This document shows positions 24,041 through 31,689 of a stretch of 32,000 bases of DNA, piece by piece. The stretch is from Haloferax volcanii DS2 (lineage in GTDB: Archaea > Halobacteriota > Halobacteria > Halobacteriales > Haloferacaceae), in assembly GCF_000025685.1 (NCBI RefSeq), contig NC_013966.1, positions 570,001 through 602,000 of the forward strand, read 5' to 3'. The position numbers and the translations under genes are program-made. How positions within the stretch are numbered: the stretch's first letter is position 1; every line of letters begins with the position of its first letter. The notes below the pieces were generated by a model. It did not search any database, was not told the origin of the DNA, and saw only the letters and a program-made list of their open reading frames with translations.

Positions 24041-24484
24041 ATGTCGAACAGCAGCCGATTCGTCGTCGCGACGCACGTGCTGACTAACTTGGCGGTGCGG
24101 AGCGACGAGCGGCTGTCTTCCGACCGTCTCGCGTGGAGCGTCAACACGAATCCGGTGGTCATCCGGCAGCTCCTGTGTTCGCTTCGGGAGGCGGACCTCG
24201 TCGATTCCAAGCGCGGCCCGACCGGCGGCTTCACGCTGGCCCACGAGCCGGACGCCATCACGCTTCGCGACATCTACGAGGCGGTGGAGGACGCCGAGCC
24301 GTTCTGTTTCCACACGAACGAACCGAACGACGAGTGCACCGTCGGCGAACACATCCAGCCGGTGCTCGGCGAACTGCTCGAACCGGCGATTCAGGCGATG
24401 CTCGACGAACTCGACTCGGTCACCGTCGCGGACGTCCACGCGGAAATCGTCGAGACGGCGGACGGCGACCCGCTCGAAGCGTAG
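24041..24484 (+). CDS. Rrf2-family transcriptional regulator
   Basis: 147 aa. It reads SSRFVVATHVLTNLAVR...LAWSVNTNPVVIRQLLCSLREADLVDSKRGPTGGFTLA. Only two Cys (CFHTNEPNDEC) plus one His occupy the position where Fe-S Rrf2 proteins carry three Cys. Confidence 0.75.
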   Translation: MSNSSRFVVATHVLTNLAVRSDERLSSDRLAWSVNTNPVVIRQLLCSLREADLVDSKRGPTGGFTLAHEPDAITLRDIYEAVEDAEPFCFHTNEPNDECTVGEHIQPVLGELLEPAIQAMLDELDSVTVADVHAEIVETADGDPLEA

Positions 24485-24502
24485 CGCGGCGTGGAGCGCG
24501 GT

Positions 24503-24871
24503 TCAGGCCGTCGACTGCACCGTCTCACCCTCGGCCGACTCCTCGCGCTCGGCGTCGAGCCACTCGGTGGCCCACTCCTGTATCTCGTCGAACACCGGGC
24601 ACAGCGAGACGCCCTTGTCGGTCAGCGAGTAGTACGTCGCCACCGGCGCGTCCTCTTCCATCCGGCGGTCAACGAAGCCGTGTTCCTGCAAGTCGTCGAG
24701 GACGCGAGAGAGCGTCCGCGAGCTCGCGCCGGTCGAACGCTTCAGCTCGTTGAACCGCTTTTCACCGTCTTGGAGGTCGTGGAGGACGATGAGACGCCAC
24801 TGCGACCCGATTTGTTTCAGCGAGTCGATGATGGGGCAGGGGGCGTCGTCGAGGGTCATATCCGTGGCCAT
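24503..24871 (-). CDS. HxlR-family transcriptional regulator
   Basis: 122 aa. It reads CPIIDSLKQIGSQWRLIVLHDLQDGEKRFNELKRSTGASSRTLSRVLDDLQEHGFVDR. It is convergent with the Rrf2 gene, with an 18-nt gap. Confidence 0.85.
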   Translation of the reverse strand: MATDMTLDDAPCPIIDSLKQIGSQWRLIVLHDLQDGEKRFNELKRSTGASSRTLSRVLDDLQEHGFVDRRMEEDAPVATYYSLTDKGVSLCPVFDEIQEWATEWLDAEREESAEGETVQSTA

Positions 24872-25032
24872 ATCCCCACATCGACTTCGACCCTCTTTAG
24901 CAGTTCGATTAGTACACCTGCTTTCGAAACGTTACCTGATTCGGCTCCGGACCGACAGACCGGCCGGCTGGCTTCCGACTGACCCATCACCGACCGACGA
25001 CCGGTTGGCTGCCGACCAGCCGACCGGGTCGC

Positions 25033-25389
25033 TCAGGCGAGCAGCCGCGAGAGGAGGAGAAACACGCGCTTGAGGTTCTTCGAGAGGCTCGATTGATTCT
25101 CCGAGTAGAGCGTCACGCCGTCGTCCGGCCCGTGAATCTGTACGCAGCGGCCCCGGTCCGACAGGTCCTTCAACTCGATTCCCCGGACCGAATCGAGCGG
25201 GATGACGAGGTAGCGGTACTCCTCGTCTTGGATATCGGCGTTACAGTGGTCGCCGTAGACGTGGATGCTCCGCTCCGTGACCGCGAGTTCGTAGCCGACG
25301 TAGCTCATCCCGGCGATTTCGGCCCCGGCGCGACCGCCCTTGACTTTGCCTTTCAGGTGCGAGGCGTCGAGGAGAATTCCGTCAACCAT
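25033..25389 (-). CDS. Hypothetical protein (118 aa); no family recognised
   Basis: The frame is GC3-rich and codon-like. A TATA-like AATACTTA lies 26-33 nt upstream of the ATG. The N-terminus is Lys-rich and the C-terminus is amphipathic (KNLKRVFLLLSRLLA), which is atypically non-acidic for this genome. Confidence 0.55.
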   Translation of the reverse strand: MVDGILLDASHLKGKVKGGRAGAEIAGMSYVGYELAVTERSIHVYGDHCNADIQDEEYRYLVIPLDSVRGIELKDLSDRGRCVQIHGPDDGVTLYSENQSSLSKNLKRVFLLLSRLLA

Positions 25390-25390
25390 A

Positions 25391-25410
25391 CGCCCGATTC
25401 CGAGCGGGCG
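25391..25410 (-). promoter_or_regulatory. Inverted repeat CGCCCG-N8-CGGGCG between the TATA-like box and ATG 25389
   Basis: Read directly. The position is operator-like. Confidence 0.35.
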
Positions 25411-25488
25411 CTCCTAAGTATTCGCGTCCGGTTCTCCGAATTGATTTTCGGGGTTCCGTGGAGCACTCGGCTACCGACGGGAACTCAG

Positions 25489-26250
25489 TCAAGCGGTCAG
25501 CTGGTAGCCGTCGTCCGCGTCGTCGCCAGAGCCATCGGATTCGATAATCGAGTACGACGAGACGAGGTGGTTGACGATGTAGTCGACCGTCGGGGGGTCG
25601 TACGTCCAGAAGCCGGTAAAGCCGAATCCCGGTTCGGTCTCCTCGGCGACGAGCGCGCATTTGTAGTCTCCGACGCCGTTGCCGTCGTAGGCGACGAACC
25701 AGGAGCGCCGAATTTCGTCGGAGCGCGCGAGATGGAGTTGGAACTGGTCGGCCTGCGGGACCTCGCCGTTCGGGTAGATGTACGCGTGGACCGAGAGGTC
25801 GTCGCGGCCGCCGAGGCGGCGGTACGTTTCGAGTTGCGGGCGGAGGTTCCCGCCCGACTGGAAGCCCGAGTGGAGTTCGCCCGCGCCGACGCGCCACGCG
25901 CGGTCCTCGATTTCGCGGGTGGCGTTGAGCATCTGCTGCCGGTCGTAGGAGGTAAACAGCGTCTCGTCGAGGTGGTCGAGAATCGGCGCGTACGAGTCGC
26001 GTTCGAACCCCGGTTCGACGTCCTCGGGGTGCGCGAGGAGGTCGTCGACCGAGACGGCCGTGTGGAACTCGTCGCCGGTACCCAGCACCGCGTAGTTCGA
26101 CGGACCCTCGTCGGAACTCGCAGACACCACCGAGACGTTTCGATCCGCGAAATGCTCGGCGAGTCGCCCGACGACGCCTGGCGTCGGATTGAACACCGTC
26201 AGCGTTCGTTCCGAGGCGGCGACGCCGGAGATGAGTTCGCTGAGAGACAT
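25489..26250 (-). CDS. Hypothetical protein, possibly a DICT-like sensory-domain protein
   Basis: I chose the ATG at 26250 (MSLSELISGVAASERTLTVFNP...). This N-terminal pattern resembles haloarchaeal proteins I recall being annotated as DICT-domain proteins, but that is from memory only. The C-terminal tail is acidic. The tracked start at 26289 is an alternative. Confidence 0.6.
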   Translation of the reverse strand: MSLSELISGVAASERTLTVFNPTPGVVGRLAEHFADRNVSVVSASSDEGPSNYAVLGTGDEFHTAVSVDDLLAHPEDVEPGFERDSYAPILDHLDETLFTSYDRQQMLNATREIEDRAWRVGAGELHSGFQSGGNLRPQLETYRRLGGRDDLSVHAYIYPNGEVPQADQFQLHLARSDEIRRSWFVAYDGNGVGDYKCALVAEETEPGFGFTGFWTYDPPTVDYIVNHLVSSYSIIESDGSGDDADDGYQLTA

Positions 26251-26308
26251 TACCGGGAGAACGCTACAACGGGTTATCATTCTTTGCAATAATATGGTAT
26301 GCGAGACC

Positions 26309-26341
26309 GGCGAGTCGGGACGCGAAACCGGTCGACTCGCC
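26309..26341. promoter_or_regulatory. Perfect 9-bp inverted repeat GGCGAGTCG-N15-CGACTCGCC in the divergent region
   Basis: Read directly. An 11-nt direct repeat TTACCGGGAGA also occurs at 26251-26261 and 26356-26366. Confidence 0.35.
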
Positions 26342-26407
26342 CGGAAGGAAGTCGTTACCGGGAGAGAACAGCGTCCTAACTATGCCCCACAAGCGTGTAC
26401 GTTCAGT

Positions 26408-26641
26408 ATGATTTCCGACGCGCCCCGTTCTCGGACCCCCGCGGAAGTCGACGACGAACGCGGGACGGGCGACGGCCCGTGGTTCGCCGCCGAGGTCCCC
26501 GACATCGTCGCCGGACTCGAAGCCTCGCAGTCCATCGGTCCGGTCACCGCGGCGGCCGCCCGCCAACTCATCGCGGTCGGCCGCGCGAGGGACGCGCTCG
26601 CGCTCGTCCTCGGCGAGGTCGACGGGTCGTGGCGGCGATAG
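26408..26641 (+). CDS. Small hypothetical protein (77 aa)
   Basis: It is the internal ATG of tracked ORF 26189-26641. The codons are GC3-rich, and a TATA-like TAACTATG lies 24-33 nt upstream. No family was recognised. Confidence 0.4.
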   Translation: MISDAPRSRTPAEVDDERGTGDGPWFAAEVPDIVAGLEASQSIGPVTAAAARQLIAVGRARDALALVLGEVDGSWRR

Positions 26642-26685
26642 GGTCGCTCGTCGCGGCGAGCGACGCGGACTCGGCGGCCGGCGGA

Positions 26686-27246
26686 CTACTTCTCGCGCGA
26701 ATCCGTGTCTCTGACGTACAGTTCGACCAGCGAGTCGAGCAGGGTCGGAACCAGTCGAAACCGAACGTCAACGCTGTTTTGCTCGCGGTCGTACGCGAGC
26801 TGCTGGACGTCGATGGCGGCCAGAAGCGTGCGCATCGCGTCGACGACGTAGTTGCTCGACCCCGCCTCGACGCGGAGACCGTCGCCGAGGTGAATCGAGA
26901 GGCCGTCGACGGCCGTCTCGTAACACGTCTTGCTCGGCGCGTCGACTCGCTGAGTCCGTTCGACCAAGCCGAGGCTCGAAAGCGTCTCCAGCCGGCGGTA
27001 GATTGTCGATTCGGAGACCTCGCAGCTCTCGGCCAGCTCCTCGGCGGTCATCGGCGCGCGGTTGCACGCCAACAGCACGCTCCGGGAAACGTCGTCTCCG
27101 AGCGCGTCGAGGAGGTCGTCGTCGGACGACTCCGGGGTGATATCGGTCTCGTCGGCCGCCGCCGCGGCGTCGCTCTCGTCGGTCAGTGGGCCGGGAGGCT
27201 CGTCAGAAGCCGACAGAACGTCGTCCACGAGGTCGCGTCGGGTCAT
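26686..27246 (-). CDS. Winged helix-turn-helix regulator (ArsR/TrmB-like) with an acidic disordered N-terminus
   Basis: 186 aa. The HTH segment reads SRSVLLACNRAPMTAEELAESCEVSESTIYRRLETLSSLGLVERT. Confidence 0.7.
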   Translation of the reverse strand: MTRRDLVDDVLSASDEPPGPLTDESDAAAAADETDITPESSDDDLLDALGDDVSRSVLLACNRAPMTAEELAESCEVSESTIYRRLETLSSLGLVERTQRVDAPSKTCYETAVDGLSIHLGDGLRVEAGSSNYVVDAMRTLLAAIDVQQLAYDREQNSVDVRFRLVPTLLDSLVELYVRDTDSREK

Positions 27247-27252
27247 CGCATG

Positions 27253-27273
27253 TTACCTGACGCGGGCAGGTAA
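27253..27273 (-). promoter_or_regulatory. Perfect 7-bp inverted repeat TTACCTG-N7-CAGGTAA abutting the TATA-like box of the wHTH gene
   Basis: Read directly. It lies 7-27 nt upstream of ATG 27246 and overlaps the AT-rich TTACATATTA (minus strand). Confidence 0.45.
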
Positions 27274-27453
27274 TATGTAATCAGTGCCTACAATCGAGAT
27301 AACCTTCGCTTATCCACGAACGGTCTCGAATCTCTGAAAACAGCGGTCGAGGACCGAAACCGAACGACTGCGGCGAATTAATGGGTTCGAAACGTCGGAA
27401 CGCGGCGGTGAGACCCGCCACGACCGCACACCTCCTCACCGCTCGCTCACGGC

Positions 27454-29271
27454 TCACTCGACGGTGACGCACTTGGCGAGGTTACGCGGCTTGTCGATGG
27501 GCCGTTCGAGCAGGTCAGCCGCGTGGTACGCGACGAGTTGGAGTTGGACGTTGGCGAGGACGCCGGCGATGTCGGGGTGCGTGTCCGGAATCCGGAGCAC
27601 GTGGTCGGCGAACTCGGTCACCTCGCCCGACCGGTCGCTCGTGATGGCGATGACGGGCGCGCCGCGGGCCTGGACCTCCTTGACGTTGCTCAGCGTCGCC
27701 TCGTCCTCGTGGCCCGTGAAGATAGCGAACACCGGCGACAGCGGCGTGACGAGCGCCAGCGGGCCGTGTTTGAGTTCGGAGGCGGCGAACCCCTCGGCGT
27801 GTTCGTAGGATATCTCCTTGAACTTCAGCGCGCCTTCGAGGGCGACGGGGTGGGCGGCCCCGCGGCCGATGAAGAAGTACGCGTCGCTGCCCTCGTACTC
27901 GATGGCGATTTCGCGGGCCATCGAGGTGTCGAGCACCTCCTGTACGTCCCCGGGGAGCCGCGACAGCGCCTCCATCAGGTCGCGCGCTTCGGGCGACTTC
28001 GCGCCGGTCACGTCCTCGACGATGCGCTCGGTGAGGAGCGTCAGCGCCGTCACCTGCGACGAGAACGTCTTGGTGGCCGCGACGCCGATTTCGGGACCCG
28101 CGCGGATGAGCAGTTCGTCGTCGCACTCGCGGGTTATCGACGAGCCGACGACGTTCGTGACCGCGAGGGTCCGCGCGCCGGCGGCGCGGGCGCGGCGCAC
28201 GGCGTCGAGGGTATCGGCGGTCTCACCGGACTGGCTGACCGCGACGACGAGCGTGTCGGGCGTCACCGGCGGCTTGATGACCGAGTACTCGCCCGCCATG
28301 AACGCGTACGCGGGGATGCCGCGGGAGTTGAGGAGCGACGCCGCGTACATTCCGGCGTGGTGCGAGGTGCCCATCGCGAGGAGGTGGACCTGCTTCACGT
28401 CGGCGAACGACTCCGGCGGGAACTCCTCGAGTTCGACGCCGCCGGCGTGGGTGTTCAGCCGGCTCTGGGTGGTCCGCCGGAGCGCGCCGGGCTGCTCGTG
28501 AATCTCCTTGTACATGTAGTGCTCGTAACCGCCCTTCGTCGCCGTCTCGGGGTCCCACTCGACGTGTTCGACGGGGCGGTCGACCGCGCGGCCGGCCGAG
28601 TCCGTGATTTCGTAGCCGCCCGAGCGAGTGACGACGAAGTCGCCGTCGTGGAGGTAGACGACGCGCGCCGTGTGCTGGATGAACGCGGGCACGTCGCTGG
28701 CGAGGTAGTACTCGCCGTCGCCGACGCCGAGGACGAGCGGCGACCCCGAGCGAGTCGCGAAGATGGCCTCCTCGTCGCCGATGATGGCCGCGATGGCGTA
28801 GCTACCCGAGAGGCTGCCGACCGCGGCACGGAACGCCTCCTCGGGAGTCGCGCCGTCGCGGAGGTTCTCCTCGATGAGGTGCGGGATGACCTCGGTGTCG
28901 GTCTCGCTGCTGAAGACGTGGCCGCGGGCTTCGAGGTCGCTCCGGAGCGATTGGAAGTTCGAGATGATACCGTTGTGGACGACGGCGATACCGCCCGACT
29001 CGTCGGTGTGCGGGTGAGCGTTGCCGTCGGTGACGCCACCGTGGGTCGCCCAGCGGGTGTGGCCGATGCCGTAGTCGCCGGCGATTGGGTTCTGCTCGAC
29101 GGCCGCGACGAGCTCGGAGACCTCGCCGACGCGTTTCGTCAGCGAGATGCCCGAGCCGTTTTTCACGGCGATGCCGGCCGAGTCGTAGCCGCGGTACTCC
29201 AGCCGCTGGAGCCCGTCGACGAGCGAGTCCACGGAGTTGTCCGCGCCGATGCAGGCGGTGATTCCGCACAT
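27454..29271 (-). CDS. glmS: Glutamine--fructose-6-phosphate aminotransferase (isomerising)
   Basis: 605 aa. It starts MCGI (Cys nucleophile) followed by LEYRGYDSAGIAV, has two SIS-domain regions, and ends LAKCVTVE. Confidence 0.95.
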   Translation of the reverse strand: MCGITACIGADNSVDSLVDGLQRLEYRGYDSAGIAVKNGSGISLTKRVGEVSELVAAVEQNPIAGDYGIGHTRWATHGGVTDGNAHPHTDESGGIAVVHNGIISNFQSLRSDLEARGHVFSSETDTEVIPHLIEENLRDGATPEEAFRAAVGSLSGSYAIAAIIGDEEAIFATRSGSPLVLGVGDGEYYLASDVPAFIQHTARVVYLHDGDFVVTRSGGYEITDSAGRAVDRPVEHVEWDPETATKGGYEHYMYKEIHEQPGALRRTTQSRLNTHAGGVELEEFPPESFADVKQVHLLAMGTSHHAGMYAASLLNSRGIPAYAFMAGEYSVIKPPVTPDTLVVAVSQSGETADTLDAVRRARAAGARTLAVTNVVGSSITRECDDELLIRAGPEIGVAATKTFSSQVTALTLLTERIVEDVTGAKSPEARDLMEALSRLPGDVQEVLDTSMAREIAIEYEGSDAYFFIGRGAAHPVALEGALKFKEISYEHAEGFAASELKHGPLALVTPLSPVFAIFTGHEDEATLSNVKEVQARGAPVIAITSDRSGEVTEFADHVLRIPDTHPDIAGVLANVQLQLVAYHAADLLERPIDKPRNLAKCVTVE

Positions 29272-30440
29272 CAGTGAGTCACCTCCACACGCTCGCGAAC
29301 GTCACCGTGTAAGACCGTTCCGGGGCCGACGACGGCCTCCGCGCCGACGCGACTGCCCGCCGTGAGCGTCACGTTCGCGCCGACCTCGGCGCGGTCGCCG
29401 ATGATGCTGCCGAGACGGCGGTCGGTGTAGAGCCTGCCTTCGAGGATGACATCGGCGCGGCCGCCGGGCGAGACGACGCCGTCGCCGACGGTCGCGCCGG
29501 GGCCGACGACGGAGTCGCGGAGGACGACGCCCGCGCCGACCCGCGCGTCGGTCGAGAGAATGGAGCGCTCGATGACGCTGTTCGCGCCGACGGAGACGTT
29601 GTTCTGGAGGCACGAGCCACCGCTGACGACCGCGCCCGGCCCCACGTCGCAGTCGTCGCCGACGACGACGTGGTCGCCGAGGAGCGCGCGCTCGTGGACC
29701 CGCGCCGACGCGGCGACCGCGTCGTCGTGTCTGCGCGCGAGGAGCGTCTCGGTCACGGAGAGGAGCCCCCACGGGTGGGAGGGGTCGAGCCAGCCGCCGT
29801 TGACGAGGACGGACGTGACGTGCCCGTCGAGGTAGTGAATCACGTCGGGAAGCCGCGTCTCGCCGTCGTGCGGCGGGGTGCGCCGGAGCGCCTCGAAGAC
29901 GGCGTCGTCGAAGACGTAGACGCCCGCGTTGACGAGATAGCCCTCGCTGTCGACGGCGTGTTCGTCGATGTCAGCGATGCGACCGTTGTCCTCGACGACG
30001 ACGCCGTACTCCTCGGGCGTGTCGGACTCGGCGACCGCGATGGTCGCCACCGAGTCGGTCGTCGAGAAGCGTTCGAGCGCCTTCAAGACGATGTCGGCGT
30101 CGACGACGTTGTCGCCGTTGCAGACGACGAACGGGCCGGTGACGAGCTCCTCGGCGAGGAGGAGCGCATGCCCGCTTCCGAGCCGGGTGTCCTGGTGGAC
30201 GAACTCGATGTCCGCGTCGGGGTACGTCGCAGAGAGGTGCGACTGGATGCGGTCGGCGCGGTGGCCGACGACGACGACGACGCGCTCGATGCCCGACTCG
30301 AACAGCGCGTCGAGGACGTACTCGACGACCGGCCGGTTTGCGACCGGGAGCATCGGCTTCGGCTGGAAGGTGGTGAGCGGACGGAGCCGCCGCCCCTCGC
30401 CGGCCGCGAGGACGACCGCCTCGGTGAGACGGCCGTTCAT
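29271..30440 (-). CDS. Sugar-1-phosphate nucleotidyltransferase with a left-handed beta-helix acyltransferase domain (archaeal GlmU-like), paralogue 2
   Basis: The N-terminus reads VLAAGEGRRLRPLTTFQPKPMLPVANRP, and the C-terminus carries hexapeptide repeats. Its stop overlaps the glmS start by 1 nt (TGATG at 29269-29273). Confidence 0.8.
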   Translation of the reverse strand: MNGRLTEAVVLAAGEGRRLRPLTTFQPKPMLPVANRPVVEYVLDALFESGIERVVVVVGHRADRIQSHLSATYPDADIEFVHQDTRLGSGHALLLAEELVTGPFVVCNGDNVVDADIVLKALERFSTTDSVATIAVAESDTPEEYGVVVEDNGRIADIDEHAVDSEGYLVNAGVYVFDDAVFEALRRTPPHDGETRLPDVIHYLDGHVTSVLVNGGWLDPSHPWGLLSVTETLLARRHDDAVAASARVHERALLGDHVVVGDDCDVGPGAVVSGGSCLQNNVSVGANSVIERSILSTDARVGAGVVLRDSVVGPGATVGDGVVSPGGRADVILEGRLYTDRRLGSIIGDRAEVGANVTLTAGSRVGAEAVVGPGTVLHGDVRERVEVTH

Positions 30441-30760
30441 GCGTGACCTCCCGCGAGCGACGGGCGTTCAGAACGTGACCGTGACGGTGTGCGAGTCATG
30501 AAAGCAACAGGGACCGCGACGGGGATTGTTATACAGCGAGTTCCCCGAACCGGTCTCGCGTTAGGGTCGCGTGTGAGACTGTTGCAAGCGGAGGCCACAG
30601 TCCGAAATCGGCAGGGCAGACGGTTCGGACGCGCCTAATCGGAGGGTGTCCCACCGACAGTGTCGCGTCGCGACGAAGCCGCCGCGTCGGTCGCATGGAC
30701 TGCGAATCGCACCCGCGGAGTGAGAGCTGACAGCGGTGGGGGAGCCGGGGAGAGCTGATT

Positions 30761-30831
30761 CGGCGGGAGGAGGAAAAAGGAGGGCAGACAGCGGGGAGGG
30801 AAACGGAAAGAGGCGGGCCGAGCGCCGCGGC
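30761..30831. other. 71-nt T-free, purine-rich tract on the + strand (GGGAGGAGGAAAAAGGAGGGCAGACAGCGGGGAGGGAAACGGAAAGAGG...)
   Basis: Reading base by base, there is no T from 30761 to 30831. The tract lies within a broader G/A-rich region from about 30716 to 30830. GAGAGCTGA is repeated at 30722-30730 and 30751-30759. Confidence 0.9.
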
Positions 30832-30913
30832 TGTTCGAAAGCGGAGCGAAGTAAAATCCGGGTGCAGTCGTTCGAAATCGGTATCGTCGCGGACGCGATG
30901 AGGACTGACCCAC

Positions 30914-31564
30914 TCAGAGGTCGAGGCGGTCCTTGTACGACTCCATCGCGGTGACGGCCATGAGCGTCGCGGTGCTCAACACGGCCCAGCCGGCGGCCGG
31001 GACCTGTTCGAGTCCGGGGACGCCGAGCAGTCCGCCGGAGACGGTCGCGGCCACGCCGGCGGCGATAGCGAGGTTCCGCTTGGGCGACGCGGCGAGCGAC
31101 GCCGACTGCTCGTCGTCGGCGTCGGTGCTGACGATGTCGCCGTCGAGGTACTGGTCGAGCTGTTTCGCGGTGTCGAGAAGCGTGATGTCACCGCGGTTCT
31201 TCTCGAAGTCGACGATGCCCGCCGAGTCCATCTTCGGCAGGTGACACTGGTACAGACCGATGTACACGCGCTTGCGTTGGCTCGACGACAGCGCCTTTAT
31301 CTCGATGCCGTTTTCCTTCGCGGCGATGAACTCGGCCATGTCGCCGAGCTTCGCTTCGCCGTCGTTTTCCTTGAGGTACCGGAGCGCGTCGCGCCGGCGC
31401 TGGTTCTTCAGAATCTCGAAGACGATATCCTTCGAGAGCGCTTCGATTTCGGGTTGTTGCTGCTGTGCTGCGGCCGCGTGAGACCCACCAGTCGTCTCCG
31501 CGAGTCGTTCGTTCGCCGTCTGGTCAACAACGTCGGTGTCGGCTTGCAGTGAATCGGTAACCAT
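30914..31564 (-). CDS. Membrane-anchored winged-helix protein (haloarchaeal DUF7344-like HTH, recalled from memory)
   Basis: I chose the ATG at 31564 (MVTDSLQ...), which is preceded by GGAGGAAGGAACA (Shine-Dalgarno-like). It contains IVFEILKNQRRRDALRYL...RKRVYIGLYQCHLPKMDSAGIVDF and two C-terminal hydrophobic helices. Confidence 0.7.
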   Translation of the reverse strand: MVTDSLQADTDVVDQTANERLAETTGGSHAAAAQQQQPEIEALSKDIVFEILKNQRRRDALRYLKENDGEAKLGDMAEFIAAKENGIEIKALSSSQRKRVYIGLYQCHLPKMDSAGIVDFEKNRGDITLLDTAKQLDQYLDGDIVSTDADDEQSASLAASPKRNLAIAAGVAATVSGGLLGVPGLEQVPAAGWAVLSTATLMAVTAMESYKDRLDL

Positions 31565-31689
31565 TGTTCCTTCCTCCCCCACTGTGTAGTCGGGTGCTAC
31601 CGTGTGTCGTGGTCGGTCGAGAGGGGGTGACCACGAGACGTTAGCACAGACCACAACCTTTGGATGCGCCCCACCAAGCGCGCCCCAGA

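Noticed and set aside
29272-29300. A glmS ribozyme or riboswitch upstream of glmS.
   Set aside because: glmS starts 1 nt inside the stop of the preceding coding gene, so no leader exists. The glmS ribozyme is also a bacterial element.
122-30446. Many long alternative-frame or antisense ORFs in the track, for example 122-856, 1601-3085, 2661-3716, 3746-5218, 4734-5639, 5486-6721, 7187-8083, 7189-8274, 8815-10392, 8828-10396, 11828-12790, 15686-16687, 16723-18099, 18148-19053, 19415-20302, 19477-21009, 20717-22441, 22389-24002, 25093-26292, 27523-29277 and 29670-30446.
   Set aside because: Their translations are Arg/Pro/Gly/Ala-rich low-complexity strings with no recognisable motifs. Each overlaps a well-supported gene in another frame or strand. 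This is the expected stop-codon-poor artefact of high-GC DNA.
24920-30877. Recurrent TTCGAA-centred palindromes (TTTCGAAA at 24920-24927; GTTCGAAA at 30833-30840 and 30870-30877; GGTTCGAACC at 20866-20875), considered as a common site.
   Set aside because: The elements are short (6-8 nt), scattered and lack a consistent position relative to genes. TTCGAA also arises frequently from Phe-Glu and Ser-Asn-type codon pairs. I cannot evaluate significance without genome-wide counts.
30635-30954. ORFs 30635-30913 (-) and 30736-30954 (+) across the polypurine tract.
   Set aside because: Their translations are low-complexity (Pro/Ser/Arg or Gly/Arg/Glu runs) dictated by the purine/pyrimidine tract, and there are no start-site signals.
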